From the NCBI GenBank assembly GCA_963921275.4, contig OZ001293.3, positions 3,808,001 to 3,872,000 of the forward strand: a stretch of 64,000 nucleotides of DNA, given 5' to 3'. Positions 23,937 through 35,122 of this stretch are shown here, one piece after another. How positions within the stretch are numbered: the first letter of the stretch is position 1; each line of letters begins with the position of its first letter. Position numbers and translations under genes: made by a program. The notes beneath the pieces are model-generated. The model saw only the letters and a list, made by a program, of their open reading frames with translations. It was not told the origin of the DNA and ran no database searches. Origin of the DNA: an uncultured Hormoscilla sp. (lineage in GTDB: Bacteria; Cyanobacteriota; Cyanobacteriia; Cyanobacteriales; Desertifilaceae).

Positions 23937-24066
23937 TTATTTTGAATTAAGAAACCGGGTAACTCCTGCGAAACCCGGTTTCTGGGTTACTGGTGAATAG
24001 AGTTCGCGGCAAAATTGAGAAGCACTCAACATAAATTATATAGTATCATATATAGGCGATACAATA

Positions 24067-26421
24067 GTGCGATTCGTTTAGTGTAAACCACCGGTGAAAG
24101 CCAGGTGGGGGACCACTAGCAGGGTCTCATTAGCCCTGACAACTTACAGATGATGGTGGTGAAAGTCCACCCCTCCAGGTGCAGGAGTGACAGCACATTC
24201 CCTACGGTAGCGATGGCATCAATCCGTAAAGCGGGAATGAAAGGCGCAATAACTGGTAGCCTAAAACTGGTTATCGTCGAGCAAGTAGTCATGATGAGCG
24301 TAAGCAAAGATTTGCAACGTCGTAACGCCTAACCAGTGTAATAAGGCTGATACACTGGCCCAAAAAGGGAAAGGATATAGGTCGTTGGCGGATTATTGAC
24401 CGACCAATAAGCACTGACAATAAACCCGGCGTATGGAATCCATCTAAAACTACAACCAATCGTCTGTAGGAACGAAGTAACCCAGTTATGTACTCTCAAC
24501 CACCGGTCGATAGCCACCAAAGGCGTAACATCTGCTTTCATCAGGCAGGTCAAAACTGGGAAAGATTGAGTGGAGAAGCAAACGCCTACCGGTAATAGGT
24601 AGGATACGCTGACGCCCTCACCGTAATGTCAATTGTGAAGTTGTAAGTAGCAATACAAACGTTATGAGCACGATGTCAAAATCGATGAATGAATGGAAGG
24701 CAATCCCTTGGCGTAAGCTAGAACGGAAAGTCTTTAAGTTGCTTCTGAGAATTTACAGAGCGGCACAACGTGGTGATAAGCGAACAGTTCGCAGACTCCA
24801 AAGGTTACTGGTAAAATCCTGGTCTGCCAAATGTTTAGCGGTACGACGGGTAACACAAGATAACCAGGGAAAGAAGACTGCCGGTGTGGATGGTGTAAAA
24901 TCACTGACCCCAGAGCAGAGGATGGAACTGGTAGGACAGCTTAAAATCTCAGAGAAGGCTAAACCAGCTCGTAGAGTATGGATACCTAAGCCTGGTAGAG
25001 ATGAGAAACGTCCATTAGGAATACCCACGATGTACGACCGTGCGACACAGGGGTTACTGAAAATTGCGCTAGAATCAGAATGGGAAGCGTATATGGAAGG
25101 AAACTCCTATGGATTTAGACCAGGGAGAGGATGCCATGATGCAATCGGGGCAATATTTAATGCTATAAGATATAAGCCCAAGTCGGTGCTAGATGCAGAC
25201 ATAGCAAAATGCTTCGATAAGATTGACCACAAAGCGCTAATGGAAAAACTAAATACGACTTCACCAATTCGTAAACAAATACGAGCATGGTTAAAAGCCG
25301 GGGTGATAGATAAGAAAGACTGGTATGGAACCGAAGAATGGACACCCCAAGGAGGAGTCATATCACCGTTATTAGCTAATATAGCCCTACACGGACTAGA
25401 AAAAGCTGTAAGGGAACTTGCAAAAATCCGTGAAGAGAAAAGTAAACTGACAGTGGTCAGGTATGCTGATGACTTTGTGGTATTGCATGACGACAAGGAA
25501 AAGGTAGAAGAAGCGCAGAAGGTCATAGCAGAGTGGCTAAAAGGCATAGGGTTAGAACTCAAGCCAGAAAAGACGAAAGTATCTCATACGCTAAAAGGAG
25601 AAGACCAAAGATTTGACTTCCTAGGGTTCAACGTAAGGCAATATGAGGTAAGTAAGAACAGAAGCGGTAAGAGTCCACATGGAAGACCTCTAGGCTACAA
25701 AACCCTCATCAAACCCAGTAAAAAGTCCATAGGTAAGCATAAAGAAAGGTTAGCAGAAGTAGTAACCAGCCATAAAGCAGCTCCGCAAGCTGCCCTGATA
25801 AGCAGACTCAACCCGGTAATACGGGGGTGGGCTAACTACTTCAGGGCTGTGGTAAGCAAAGAAGTTTACTCAGACATGGACACATACCTGTGGGAAATCC
25901 TGTGGAATTGGGCAAAAAGAAGACATCCTAACAAGTCAAAGCATTGGATAGCCAATAAATACTGGTCAAAAGGCCAAGAAATAGAGCAGAAGAGGGTGTA
26001 AAACTATACAAACACGCGAGTGTAGAAATAGTTCGGCACATAAAAGTGAAAGGAACAGCTAGCCCATACGACGGGAAGCTAACATATTGGAGCACAAGAC
26101 TAGGCAGGAACCCAGAGCTGAGTAATAGAGTAGCTTTGCTACTGAAGAAGCAAAAGGGGAAATGTCAACATTGCGGACTAACGTTCAAAGATAGTGACAG
26201 TTGGGAAGTAGACCACATGAAACCGCTTTCATTAGGTGGTAAGGACGGGTGGGACAATCTACAACTTTTGCACAAACACTGACACGATATAAAGACTGCC
26301 AAAGATGGTAGTTGCCGTACCCATGACAAGGGTGGCATCGCTGAGGATCAGGATGAGGTGAAAAGCAGATCGTCCGATTTTGAAGACGAGTCGGGGAGGT
26401 GACTCCTTGGCTTAGTTTAAT
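24067..26421 (+). mobile_element. group II intron (chloroplast-like lineage) with RT/maturase/HNH ORF, probably inactive
   Basis: 5' GTGCGATTCGTT; 3' ...CTTAGTTTAAT. EBS1 TATTG(A) pairs with exon (A)CAATA. Domain V is degenerate (GAGGATCAGGATG instead of GAGGAGCCGGATG). Confidence 0.9.
24664..26282 (+). pseudogene. ltrA: group II intron reverse transcriptase/maturase-HNH, frameshifted
   Basis: RPLGIPT, SYGFRPGR, TPQGGVISPLLANI and YADD motifs; stop at 26001. The HNH part (CQHC...EVDH...NLQLLHKH*) is in another frame and has a second stop. Confidence 0.9.
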
Positions 26422-26451
26422 AAATCATAACAGCAAGAGAGGAAGACTACT

Positions 26452-27771
26452 ATGGGGATGACCCTTACCGAAAAAATTATCGCCCGGGCCTCCGGACGGG
26501 ACAGCGTAACTCCCGGCGAGAACGTCTGGGTGAATGTAGACGTACTCATGACCCACGATGTCTGCGGTCCGGGGACGATCGGGGTCTTCAAGCGGGAATT
26601 TGGCGCCGATGCCAAGGTCTGGGATAAAGAGAAAATCGTGATCATTCCCGACCACTACATCTTCACCGCTGACGAACGGGCCAACCGCAACGTTGACATT
26701 CTGCGCGACTTTGCCCAGGAACAAGAGATCAAATACTTTTACGACATCACAGACCGTGCCGACTTCAAAGCTAACCCCGATTATAAAGGAGTTTGCCACG
26801 TCGCCCTCGCCCAAGAAGGGCACACCCGTCCGGGGGAAGTCCTGTTTGGCACGGACTCCCACACCTGCAATGCGGGTGCTTTCGGACAATTTGCCACGGG
26901 TATTGGCAACACCGACGCCGCCTTTATCCTGGGTACGGGGAAGCTGCTGATTAAAGTCCCCGCTACCATGCGCTTTATCCTGGATGGGGAAATGCCCGAC
27001 TATCTGTTAGCAAAAGACCTGATCTTGCAAATTATCGGGGATATCACTGTTTCTGGTGCCAACTATCGGACATTGGAATTCTGCGGCGAAACCATCGAAC
27101 GGATGACGATGGAAGAACGCATGACTCTCTGTAATATGGCGATCGAGGCGGGGGGCAAGAATGCCACGATCGCCCCAGACGAAATCACCTTTGAATACGT
27201 CCGGGGGCGGACGAACAAATCCTTCGAGCCAGTATACACCGATGCCGATGCCAGTTTCTACAGCGAGCACCGCTACGATGTTTCCCATTTAGAACCCGTC
27301 GTCGCCAAACCCCACTCCCCGGACAACCGCGACTTGGCCAAAAATTGCCGGGATGTGAAGATCGATCGGGTATATATCGGTTCCTGCACGGGAGGCAAAA
27401 CCACGGACTTTCTGAATGCGGCGCGGGTTTTGAAAGGAAAACAGGTGAAAGTGCCCACCTACATAGTCCCAGCAACCCAGAAAGTCTACGAAGACCTGTT
27501 TACAGTGAAGCATGAAGGGCAAACAATTTCCGAGATTTTGTTAGCAGCAGGATGTATCGAACCCGCAGCGCCATCCTGTGCAGCATGTTTGGGCGGTCCC
27601 AAAGACACCTTTGGGCGGATGAACACAGCAGAAATCTGCGTTTCCACCACTAACCGCAACTTTCCCGGACGCATGGGCGAGAAAACTGCTCAAATTTATC
27701 TAGCATCACCATATACAGCAGCGGCATCTGCCCTGACTGGCTATGTCACCTCACCGAGGGAGTTCCTGTAG
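26452..27771 (+). CDS. leuC: 3-isopropylmalate dehydratase large subunit
   Basis: MTHDVCG, GTDSHTC, IGSCTGG, CAACLGG, STTNRNFPGRMG motifs; intact. Confidence 0.93.
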   Translation: MGMTLTEKIIARASGRDSVTPGENVWVNVDVLMTHDVCGPGTIGVFKREFGADAKVWDKEKIVIIPDHYIFTADERANRNVDILRDFAQEQEIKYFYDITDRADFKANPDYKGVCHVALAQEGHTRPGEVLFGTDSHTCNAGAFGQFATGIGNTDAAFILGTGKLLIKVPATMRFILDGEMPDYLLAKDLILQIIGDITVSGANYRTLEFCGETIERMTMEERMTLCNMAIEAGGKNATIAPDEITFEYVRGRTNKSFEPVYTDADASFYSEHRYDVSHLEPVVAKPHSPDNRDLAKNCRDVKIDRVYIGSCTGGKTTDFLNAARVLKGKQVKVPTYIVPATQKVYEDLFTVKHEGQTISEILLAAGCIEPAAPSCAACLGGPKDTFGRMNTAEICVSTTNRNFPGRMGEKTAQIYLASPYTAAASALTGYVTSPREFL

Positions 27772-27850
27772 GCACCGCCCACCATTACCCACGCGATCGC
27801 CCACTTAAGGAAAACCAACCCTTTCAAAGTGCGGCGTAGGGTGGGCACCG

Positions 27851-28560
27851 CCAGCCCTTTCAACGTGAACCTTAGAACTATCGCTAGTCGCTCATCATTT
27901 GTGCCAACTAAGGAGAGAAAATATAGTGGCTGAAACTTTGGCATGGTAAGGCTTTCAGCCCCCGATGCCAGTTGCACGACTCAGCAGCGGCTTGCTTAAT
28001 TATGTTGCATGGGCTAGAGGCCGTCTTGCTGTTGAGAAATGGCGATGTTTTCTATCGATCCCGGAGAGGGCCTCGCTTCTTTTTAGCTCCCGGAAGGTGT
28101 TTTCAAAAAGCGTTTGAGTTTAACCTTCGCGGCGCACTGCTGGAGCCACCCTCGCCATTTGGGCATTTGAATACGTCCCAAAGGGTTCCCATTCTGATGC
28201 TGGGATGGCAATCATCATGCCTCGGTATGTGCGAAGATATCTCATTCACCAGGCAGTATCACTTGACATGCGTGATAATATATTAGATCACGCAATTGTC
28301 TTGTGATACTGGATATAAATCTGACAACCCTGCTTCAATTTTTCCAACACCGTGGACACACACCCTAGCAGCTCTCAAAGTGGCCAGGATGTTATACGCA
28401 ATTATTGCCATGCAATAAGAAAACAACGCTGCCTTGGGATAGGCGAGGGTGTTAATTTCACCATTGAAGTTTTCCGTTACCATAAAAAAGAGGGTTTCGA
28501 TTCTCCAACGATTTTTATAGAGCTTCCCAACTAGAGCGTCGGTCCACTAGAAGTCATTGA
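27851..28560 (-). mobile_element. IS4-family transposase 3' remnant
   Basis: IENxF..VTENFNGEINTLAYPKAALFSYCMAIIAYNILA. Confidence 0.65.
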
Positions 28561-28789
28561 CAAATAAATGTAAATATGATAAATAGTAACCAAGGCTCAA
28601 AATTTATGCAGTTGTCTCTTGAGTTGTTGCAGGCATCCTTGCCAAAACATGAAGATTATGAACAACAGCCAGACGTCGTAGATCGAAGAGGTTCTTACGG
28701 ACTCCCATCCTCTCGCGCGCTCACGCCCTGCCACTGACCGATGTGAGCAAGACTATGTTCTACGGTTAATCGTAGCAATAAAGGTTCTC

Positions 28790-30650
28790 CACCTCTTTTG
28801 ACTGATGAGCAACAAGCCAATTTAGAGCAAATTTTGTTAGGCCCTGCCCCTGATGGAGGACTCTGGAACGGTCGGAAAGTGGCAGACTACCTTTCTGAAT
28901 TATTGGATAAGCCTGTTTTGCGGCAACAAGGATGGCGAATTCTCAAGCAACTGGATTTTCGCCTCAAAGTTCCTCGACCAGCCCATAGCGAATCCGATCC
29001 TCAAGAGCAACAGCAGTGGAAAAAAAAACTGGCAGACGAAGTGGAGAAGGTGCAACCTGTGTCCCTTGACAGGGGTGAGATAATATCTTCTCACCCCTGT
29101 CAAGGGACACAGCAGGAGTATCCCGATGCCGAGGTATTGGTGTGGAGTCAGGATATGAACACCGCATAGGTCTACAGCCAGTAATGAGGCGAGTTTGGAC
29201 TAAGCAGGACTTTCAACCTCAGGCAATAGTTAACTGGAAACGAGAATGGTCCTGGTTATACGCCTTTGTTGAACCTCAAACGGGACAGACTTATTGGTGG
29301 ATGTGCGATTCGTTCAGGCGTAAACTGGCGACGGTGAAGTCTGGTCTGGTTTCATTTGCCGGATAACTCTGGTTATCATGGGGGTTAAATTCCCTCTCCC
29401 CAGGTGTGGGGGGTCGAGGGTACTACTGGTCCTTAGTGCTGCGGAGTCACATCGCCGTGGTGCTCCGCTAGGACTTAAATGTAGGATAGCTAGCAGCCTA
29501 AGCTAGTGACACCGCGCTTGTTAGATGCTCATGGTTAGAACAAGCGAACCTGTGAAAGCCTCGTTAATAAGAACCAGCGGAATAAGGCTTATACGCTGGC
29601 CCAAAAGGGAAATGGCAGTTAGTGTTGGTAGTATTTGCTTACCAGCATCGCACTCGAAGAACTCCCGGGGTATAGCAGGAACCTAAAAGCATCGAGAAAT
29701 GATACCAGGGAACGAAGTAACCTCACGTGAGCTGTCCCCATTTGGACCAGTTAGATGTAAAGCGCAAGCCGCGAAGAGGAAGGATGTTCTAAGAAGCCAA
29801 CGCCTGGGGTAATGCCTGGGATATGCAGACGTAGGACGGATATGGTAAGAAGCCTTTGGTGAAAGTAGCCCTAACACGTCGCAAAACTTAGGAGAAATCC
29901 AAAAGTATGAATATGGACTAGAGTCTCAGCCGGGTAAAGTTCAGAGCCCCGATAAATTGCCAGAATGGGGAAATGTTAGAGAAGAGCGGCTAGAATGGTT
30001 TGCTGAACTACCCTCCGCGATCGCGCAGCGTGCGCGCAGCGCATACCTTCCGGAGCTGAAATCATTAACGGTCCAATAGGATTGACCATAAGGGGTAAAA
30101 TTACAGAGGGTAAGGGGAAACGGGGTGACCTAATTATTGATGATGATATGCCTAAGGACAAGCCCCAGCGGTGAAAGTCGCAAGTCCGGTTCCGCTCTTG
30201 GAGGGTTGGGGAGTGATTCCCAGCTCGACCCCGACCATTACCTCGATGTCTCCGGAGTAGTGCTCCTAGCGCTCTCCGGAGACATCGAAGGGTGCGTACA
30301 GACTTGTTTGGTGCGGTTCTTAAAGATTTTGCCGACCATTTTGAGATGGGACCAAAAAAGCGGGTTATTCTAGCGGTGGATCGAGCAGGGTGGCATATCA
30401 GTAACAAGTTAGACGTTCCTGAAGGAGTTCATCTCTTTCCCTTACCTTCTTACTCTCCTGAGTTACAACCAGCAGAAAGATTATGGCCTTTAGTGAATGA
30501 AGTCCACAGCCTACAAGCTTTTGACTCAATCCTAGAGGTTGAATAACTTGTTTCCCAACGCAGCCGATATTTACTCAATCAAACTGGTTTAATCCGAGGT
30601 CTCACCTTCTTTCATTGGTGGCCCGAGATAATGGCATATGCTACTTAACT
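28790..30650 (+). mobile_element. IS630-family remnant hosting a group II intron and two hairpin inserts
   Basis: PDGGLWNGRKVA, RLKVPRP, YAFVEPQTG, DRAGWH and LPSYSPELQPAERLW motifs. Confidence 0.85.
29303..30235 (+). ncRNA. ORF-less group II intron (about 0.93 kb); domain V partly degenerate
   Basis: 5' GTGCGATTCGTT; colinear with the 15658-16654 intron; 3' GAAAGTCGCAAGTCCGGTT...CGACCCCGAC. EBS1 ATTTGC pairs (with G-U) with exon GTGGAT. Confidence 0.88.
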
Positions 30651-30669
30651 GTGGTTAATTAATGTGACT

Positions 30670-31195
30670 TTATATTAGGCTTGATTATGGCGTTATCTTT
30701 GTTAGTGTATAAGGTAGCAGAGAGGCGGATAAGGCAGACATTTAAACGGACAGGTTCAAGAGTAAAAAATAAGTTAGATCGCCTGACGTATAGACCAACT
30801 TTACCTTGGATATTTCAATGTTTTCAGTCAAGCCCTATCTATGTTGATCGCGGCATTAAACAGATTTCAAATATTAATAAGGAGCATTTGCACACGTGAA
30901 ATTCTTTCCCCCAGCATGGAGCGCGGTACTATTTACTGGCGTAACTTATGTAAAAACACACGCTCAAGTAATGAGTAGAACTTAGGGGTATTTACCTTTG
31001 AGTAGCTCTCTTGTGAGCAATAAGAGGGAAATTTTAGTGATTTTATATAAAGTAGGTTTGTTCTTGTTGATTGGTATAATTTTTTGGGTATTTTAAGGGA
31101 CTCAGTCGCGATATTTGCCCATATTTGTGATAGTGTAAGAGTTGAGAAGACCAATGTATTATGTATGTAGGATACCTGGAGTGCTAAATGTAGGC
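30670..31195 (+). mobile_element. IS1634-family 3' remnant (possible 5' remnant near 28590-28650)
   Basis: IMALSLLVYKVAERRIR...RPTLPWIFQCF; terminal AAATGTAGG. Confidence 0.6.
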
Positions 31196-31224
31196 TTAAC
31201 TGTAGTCAGCACATCTTATCGACC

Positions 31225-31600
31225 CCCCGTTAGCGCAGCGGCAGATTGCTAGCGCTCCTGCGTCGCGAGCACGCGCAGCGTGCGGCCGCTGCGCTAACAT
31301 GCCTCGCAACAAGCTCCGAAGCGCTAGCAATCTCACCGACGACGCCGGAGTGCTCTTCATCTCATACGGGGCCGGGGGGATTGCTAGCTGCTGCGCAGCC
31401 GCTGCGCTAGCGGGGGGGGGGTTAACTCAATGAAAGCATAAGTTAATCGCTACTTCTGTGTTCCCCGGTTGCTCGATGTCTCTTGGTCGCTCGATGTCCC
31501 CCGGGAGCGCTAACCGCACAAAAGGGGGGACATCGTAGTCGCACTACCCAAGAGACATCGTAATCGCACAAAAGGGGGAACACAGCCCCCCCCTCGCAAT
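31225..31600. repeat. cluster of nested palindromic small repeats
   Basis: Nested inverted pairs GTTAGCGCAGCGGC/GCCGCTGCGCTAAC, GATTGCTAGCGCT/AGCGCTAGCAATC and CGATGTC/GACATCG. Confidence 0.7.
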
Positions 31601-31739
31601 GACAAATAAAATGCAAAACCTTGAAGTATTGCCTCGCTTAGACAATTCTTTACTGCCCCAAAAAACGCAGTTTATGACCGTTCGGAGTATAGCCCAGAAA
31701 CCAGGTTTTTGGGAAAAACCTGGTTTCTTAATTCTGGCA

Positions 31740-33170
31740 TCAACCTACAAGAGGTTGCCCGATCGTATGGACTTTAATCAGACTGGTAGTACCAGAGGCC
31801 CCCACAGGCACTCCAGAAGTAATGACCACCTTTTCCCCTTCTTTGGCCAAACCCATCTCCACAGTTTTATTCACCACAGTCAAGAACATTTCCTCGGCTG
31901 ACTTTACCACTGGCATCATGGCAGGTTCCACGCCCCAGGACAAGGCCAACTGACGATAAGTTGTTGCTTCCGGGGTGAAAGCAACGATCGGGGTTTTGGG
32001 GCGATACTTAGATACCAACCGGGCCGTACTCCCCGATGAAGTATTACAGAGAATCGCCTGAGCACCAATATCATAGGCCAGACGGCAGACAGATTCAGCC
32101 ACAGCTTCCGTAACGCTGAAACTACCCTCATCGGTACGAGGCAGCTTCAGCACCCCCTCTTGCAGCGCTGCTTCTGTATAGGTAGCAATGCTGTGCATCG
32201 TCTGCACGGCCTCCACTGGATAGTCTCCTACCGCAGTTTCCCCAGAAAGCATCACCGCATCGGTGCCATCCAGAATTGAATTTGCCACATCCGTGGCCTC
32301 GGCACGAGTAGGATCCGGTGCGCTAATCATAGACTCTAGCATCTGGGTGGCAGTAATCACTGGCTTGCCTGCTCGGTTGCAACGTTTGATGATATCTTTC
32401 TGAATTAAAGGTACTTGCTTTAGAGGCAGTTCTACACCCATATCACCACGGGCAATCAGAACTCCATCTGCTACTTTCAATATCTCGTCAAAATTCTCCA
32501 CCGCCTCCCGTTTTTCGATCTTGGGGATGACCAGAATATGGTGACCCGCTGCCTCGATCGTCCGCTGGACCGGTTCTAAGTCGGCGGCGGTGCGCACGAA
32601 GGAGACGGCCACCAAGTCCACACCCTGTTGGATGCCAAAACGCAGATCCCTCAAGTCCTTTTCCGTCACCGGGGTGACAGGTAGCCGCGTATCTGGGACG
32701 TTAACGCCTTTGTGGGAGGAAAGTAAACCCCCAATGACTGCTTCGGCACGGATGATGTCTGCCTCCCGATCGGTCACTATCATCTTCACCCTGCCATCAT
32801 TAATTAAAAGCCGATCGCCTTTGCGCACCATTGCAAACAAAGCCGGAATTGGCAAGGGTAATTCCTCTATACTATTGCCAGAATCTGAGAGCACAAAAGT
32901 TGCTGTTTCTCCCGCTGCTATCGGCAGTCCTTCATCTGGTAAAGTCCCCAGTCGCAGCTTCGGTCCGCACAAGTCTTGGGCGATCGCGATCGGTTTGTTG
33001 TGTTTTTCACTAATTTTCCGCAAGTGCTCGATCGCCCGTGCGTGGGCCTCATGGGTGCCGTGGGAAAAATTCAGGCGGGCCACGTTCATCCCCGCCTTTA
33101 CCAAAGCCTCTAGGCGATCGGGGGACTCTGTAGCTGGTCCGACGGTGCAGATAATTTTCGTTCTACGCAT
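31740..33170 (-). CDS. pyk: pyruvate kinase
   Basis: RRTKIICTVGP, ARLNFSHG, KIEK, IARGDMGVE, ATQMLESM and MLSGETA motifs. Confidence 0.96.
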   Translation of the reverse strand: MRRTKIICTVGPATESPDRLEALVKAGMNVARLNFSHGTHEAHARAIEHLRKISEKHNKPIAIAQDLCGPKLRLGTLPDEGLPIAAGETATFVLSDSGNSIEELPLPIPALFAMVRKGDRLLINDGRVKMIVTDREADIIRAEAVIGGLLSSHKGVNVPDTRLPVTPVTEKDLRDLRFGIQQGVDLVAVSFVRTAADLEPVQRTIEAAGHHILVIPKIEKREAVENFDEILKVADGVLIARGDMGVELPLKQVPLIQKDIIKRCNRAGKPVITATQMLESMISAPDPTRAEATDVANSILDGTDAVMLSGETAVGDYPVEAVQTMHSIATYTEAALQEGVLKLPRTDEGSFSVTEAVAESVCRLAYDIGAQAILCNTSSGSTARLVSKYRPKTPIVAFTPEATTYRQLALSWGVEPAMMPVVKSAEEMFLTVVNKTVEMGLAKEGEKVVITSGVPVGASGTTSLIKVHTIGQPLVG

Positions 33171-33224
33171 AATTTTCCCTCTTGCATAGGATTCCCATAC
33201 AGTCTAGAACTATTCACACCCAGC

Positions 33225-34995
33225 TCATGTTTTCAGCGATACTAAGCCCTGGTAGCGAATGCCCACAGGGGTAACTTCAAAGCTACAGGGAAGCACCTCT
33301 AAACCGAGGCCGATCGCCTCTCGCAACAGCCGTCCGTAGACCGGGTCTGCCTTATCTCCCGGAGCAAAGGACGTGCAGTCTCCCCGGTTAATAAAATAAA
33401 GCATCACAGCACGATTTTGCGGCAGTTGTGCCATCAGTTCCCGCAAATGTTTCTGTCCCCGTGCCGTCACCGTATCCGGAAACAGAGCCACCTTCCCCTG
33501 GGCCCAAGTTGTGTTTTTCACTTCTATATATACTCGGATAGGGATCGACTTGCGCTTTTGTGAGAGTTATGATAGGAATGCCATCGAATTAGTAACATCT
33601 GTAACAATGATTAACAGATCATTTACTGCTGAAGAAAAAGAACAACTGAATTATTTAAAATATTATCATCCCAACCCGAGAGTTCGTAAGAAAATGCAGG
33701 GTTCAAGAGTCAAAACATAAAGCATAAAGAAATAGCCCGGCTTGCTGGGGTATGTCAAAATACAATGCGGGATTATTTTAAAGAATATTTGGCATGTGGT
33801 TTCGACAGGATATCTCAGTTAAATTCACATAAAAATCAAAGCGAATAATTTTGAAAATTTGATTAGAGAAGAATTTGAAAAACAGCCACCAGCAAGTTTA
33901 AAAGAAGCCAAAAAGAATTAACTGGGATTAAACGTAGCCAGGTCAGGAATTTTATGTTAAAGATGGCAATGGGGAAAGGTAGGACAGATACCAGGAAAAG
34001 CCGACCCAGACATACAACAAGAATATAAAGAAAAAACTCTATAACCCAGACTGTTAGAGGCTTCCGAAGGAAAAAAAATCGTTTTTTGATGCCGCCCATT
34101 TCGTGCATTTCTAGGATTTTTATGGTGTTTTAAGAGAATATTTATTAAAACAGCATCAGGGAGAAAAATATTTAATGTTTTAGGGGCATTAAATGCGATT
34201 GGAAGTTATAACCGTAACAAATGATGCCAAATGCTATAAGGGTTTGCGAGCTATTGGAAAAGATCAGAAAAAAAATTATATGCTAATTTCATTAGTAATA
34301 GATAATGCTCGCTATCAAAAATGCAATTTGCTTTGGCAAAAAGCTAAAGAACTCAAGGTTATTATATTTACCATCATGCGGAATTGAGCGGTTGTGGAAA
34401 TGGGGAAAAAAGAAATGTTTATCTTCCCAGTATTATGAAGATTTTGATTCATTTAAATCGGCAATTGCTGATCCGATACACAATGCTCATAGTCTCCACA
34501 AAGAAGATACAATCTCTGCTAACTCTGAATTTTCAAATAATTGACAAAGCTCAAATTATGACCTAGTGCAGTATATATAGGCAACCCCTGGCTATCAGTC
34601 AACAAAAAATCCACCCGACTTTTTTTTTCACGACCGTATACTACCTCAGAGCGAACTTGCTGGTAACTGCCCAATTCGGGAAACAGGTATTTCGACAAAG
34701 CCAGTTTAATCGCTCGATTCGGCATCTCCGTATTTACACCTACCCAAGTTGGTCCATTATCCCCTACCTGAATCATTTCCCAAGTATAGGGCAACTTGCG
34801 CTTGGGATTGTCACTATAAGACACCTGCACCGGACTTCCGATTTCACAAACACCCTGCATCGGTCCCGTATTGGGGCAATGTGCCACGATCGTTTCCCCT
34901 GTCGCCAGTTCTATCTCCGCCAAAAACCGCTTGTAATGTCTGCGCAAAATCCCCGGATAAAGAGTTTGGTAGCGATATAGCCAATCTGTTATCAT
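33225..34995 (-). pseudogene. sfsA: SfsA nuclease split by IS630
   Basis: N-half HYKRFLAE...HCPNTGPM...SRVDFLL...LPIY; C-half IEVKNTT...FPDTVTARGQKHLREL. Confidence 0.9.
33531..34573 (+). mobile_element. IS630-family element inserted in a TA run of sfsA; transposase degraded
   Basis: TA-flanked; fragments YHPNPRVRKK, FNVLGALN, DNARYQK and IERLWKW. Confidence 0.85.
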
Positions 34996-35122
34996 ACTCC
35001 CCTTTGCCTACTTTCTACTTCCACATGTATGTGATCAAAAATTTTTTTAATTATGATTTAAATCACTGATAAGTTTAATCTATTTATCGTAGCATAATAA
35101 ATAGATCGAGAGCGACGCAGAA

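Noticed and set aside
24664..26001. Retron, DGR or defence RT
   Set aside because: It has group II intron boundaries, maturase and HNH remnants, and no TR/VR pair.
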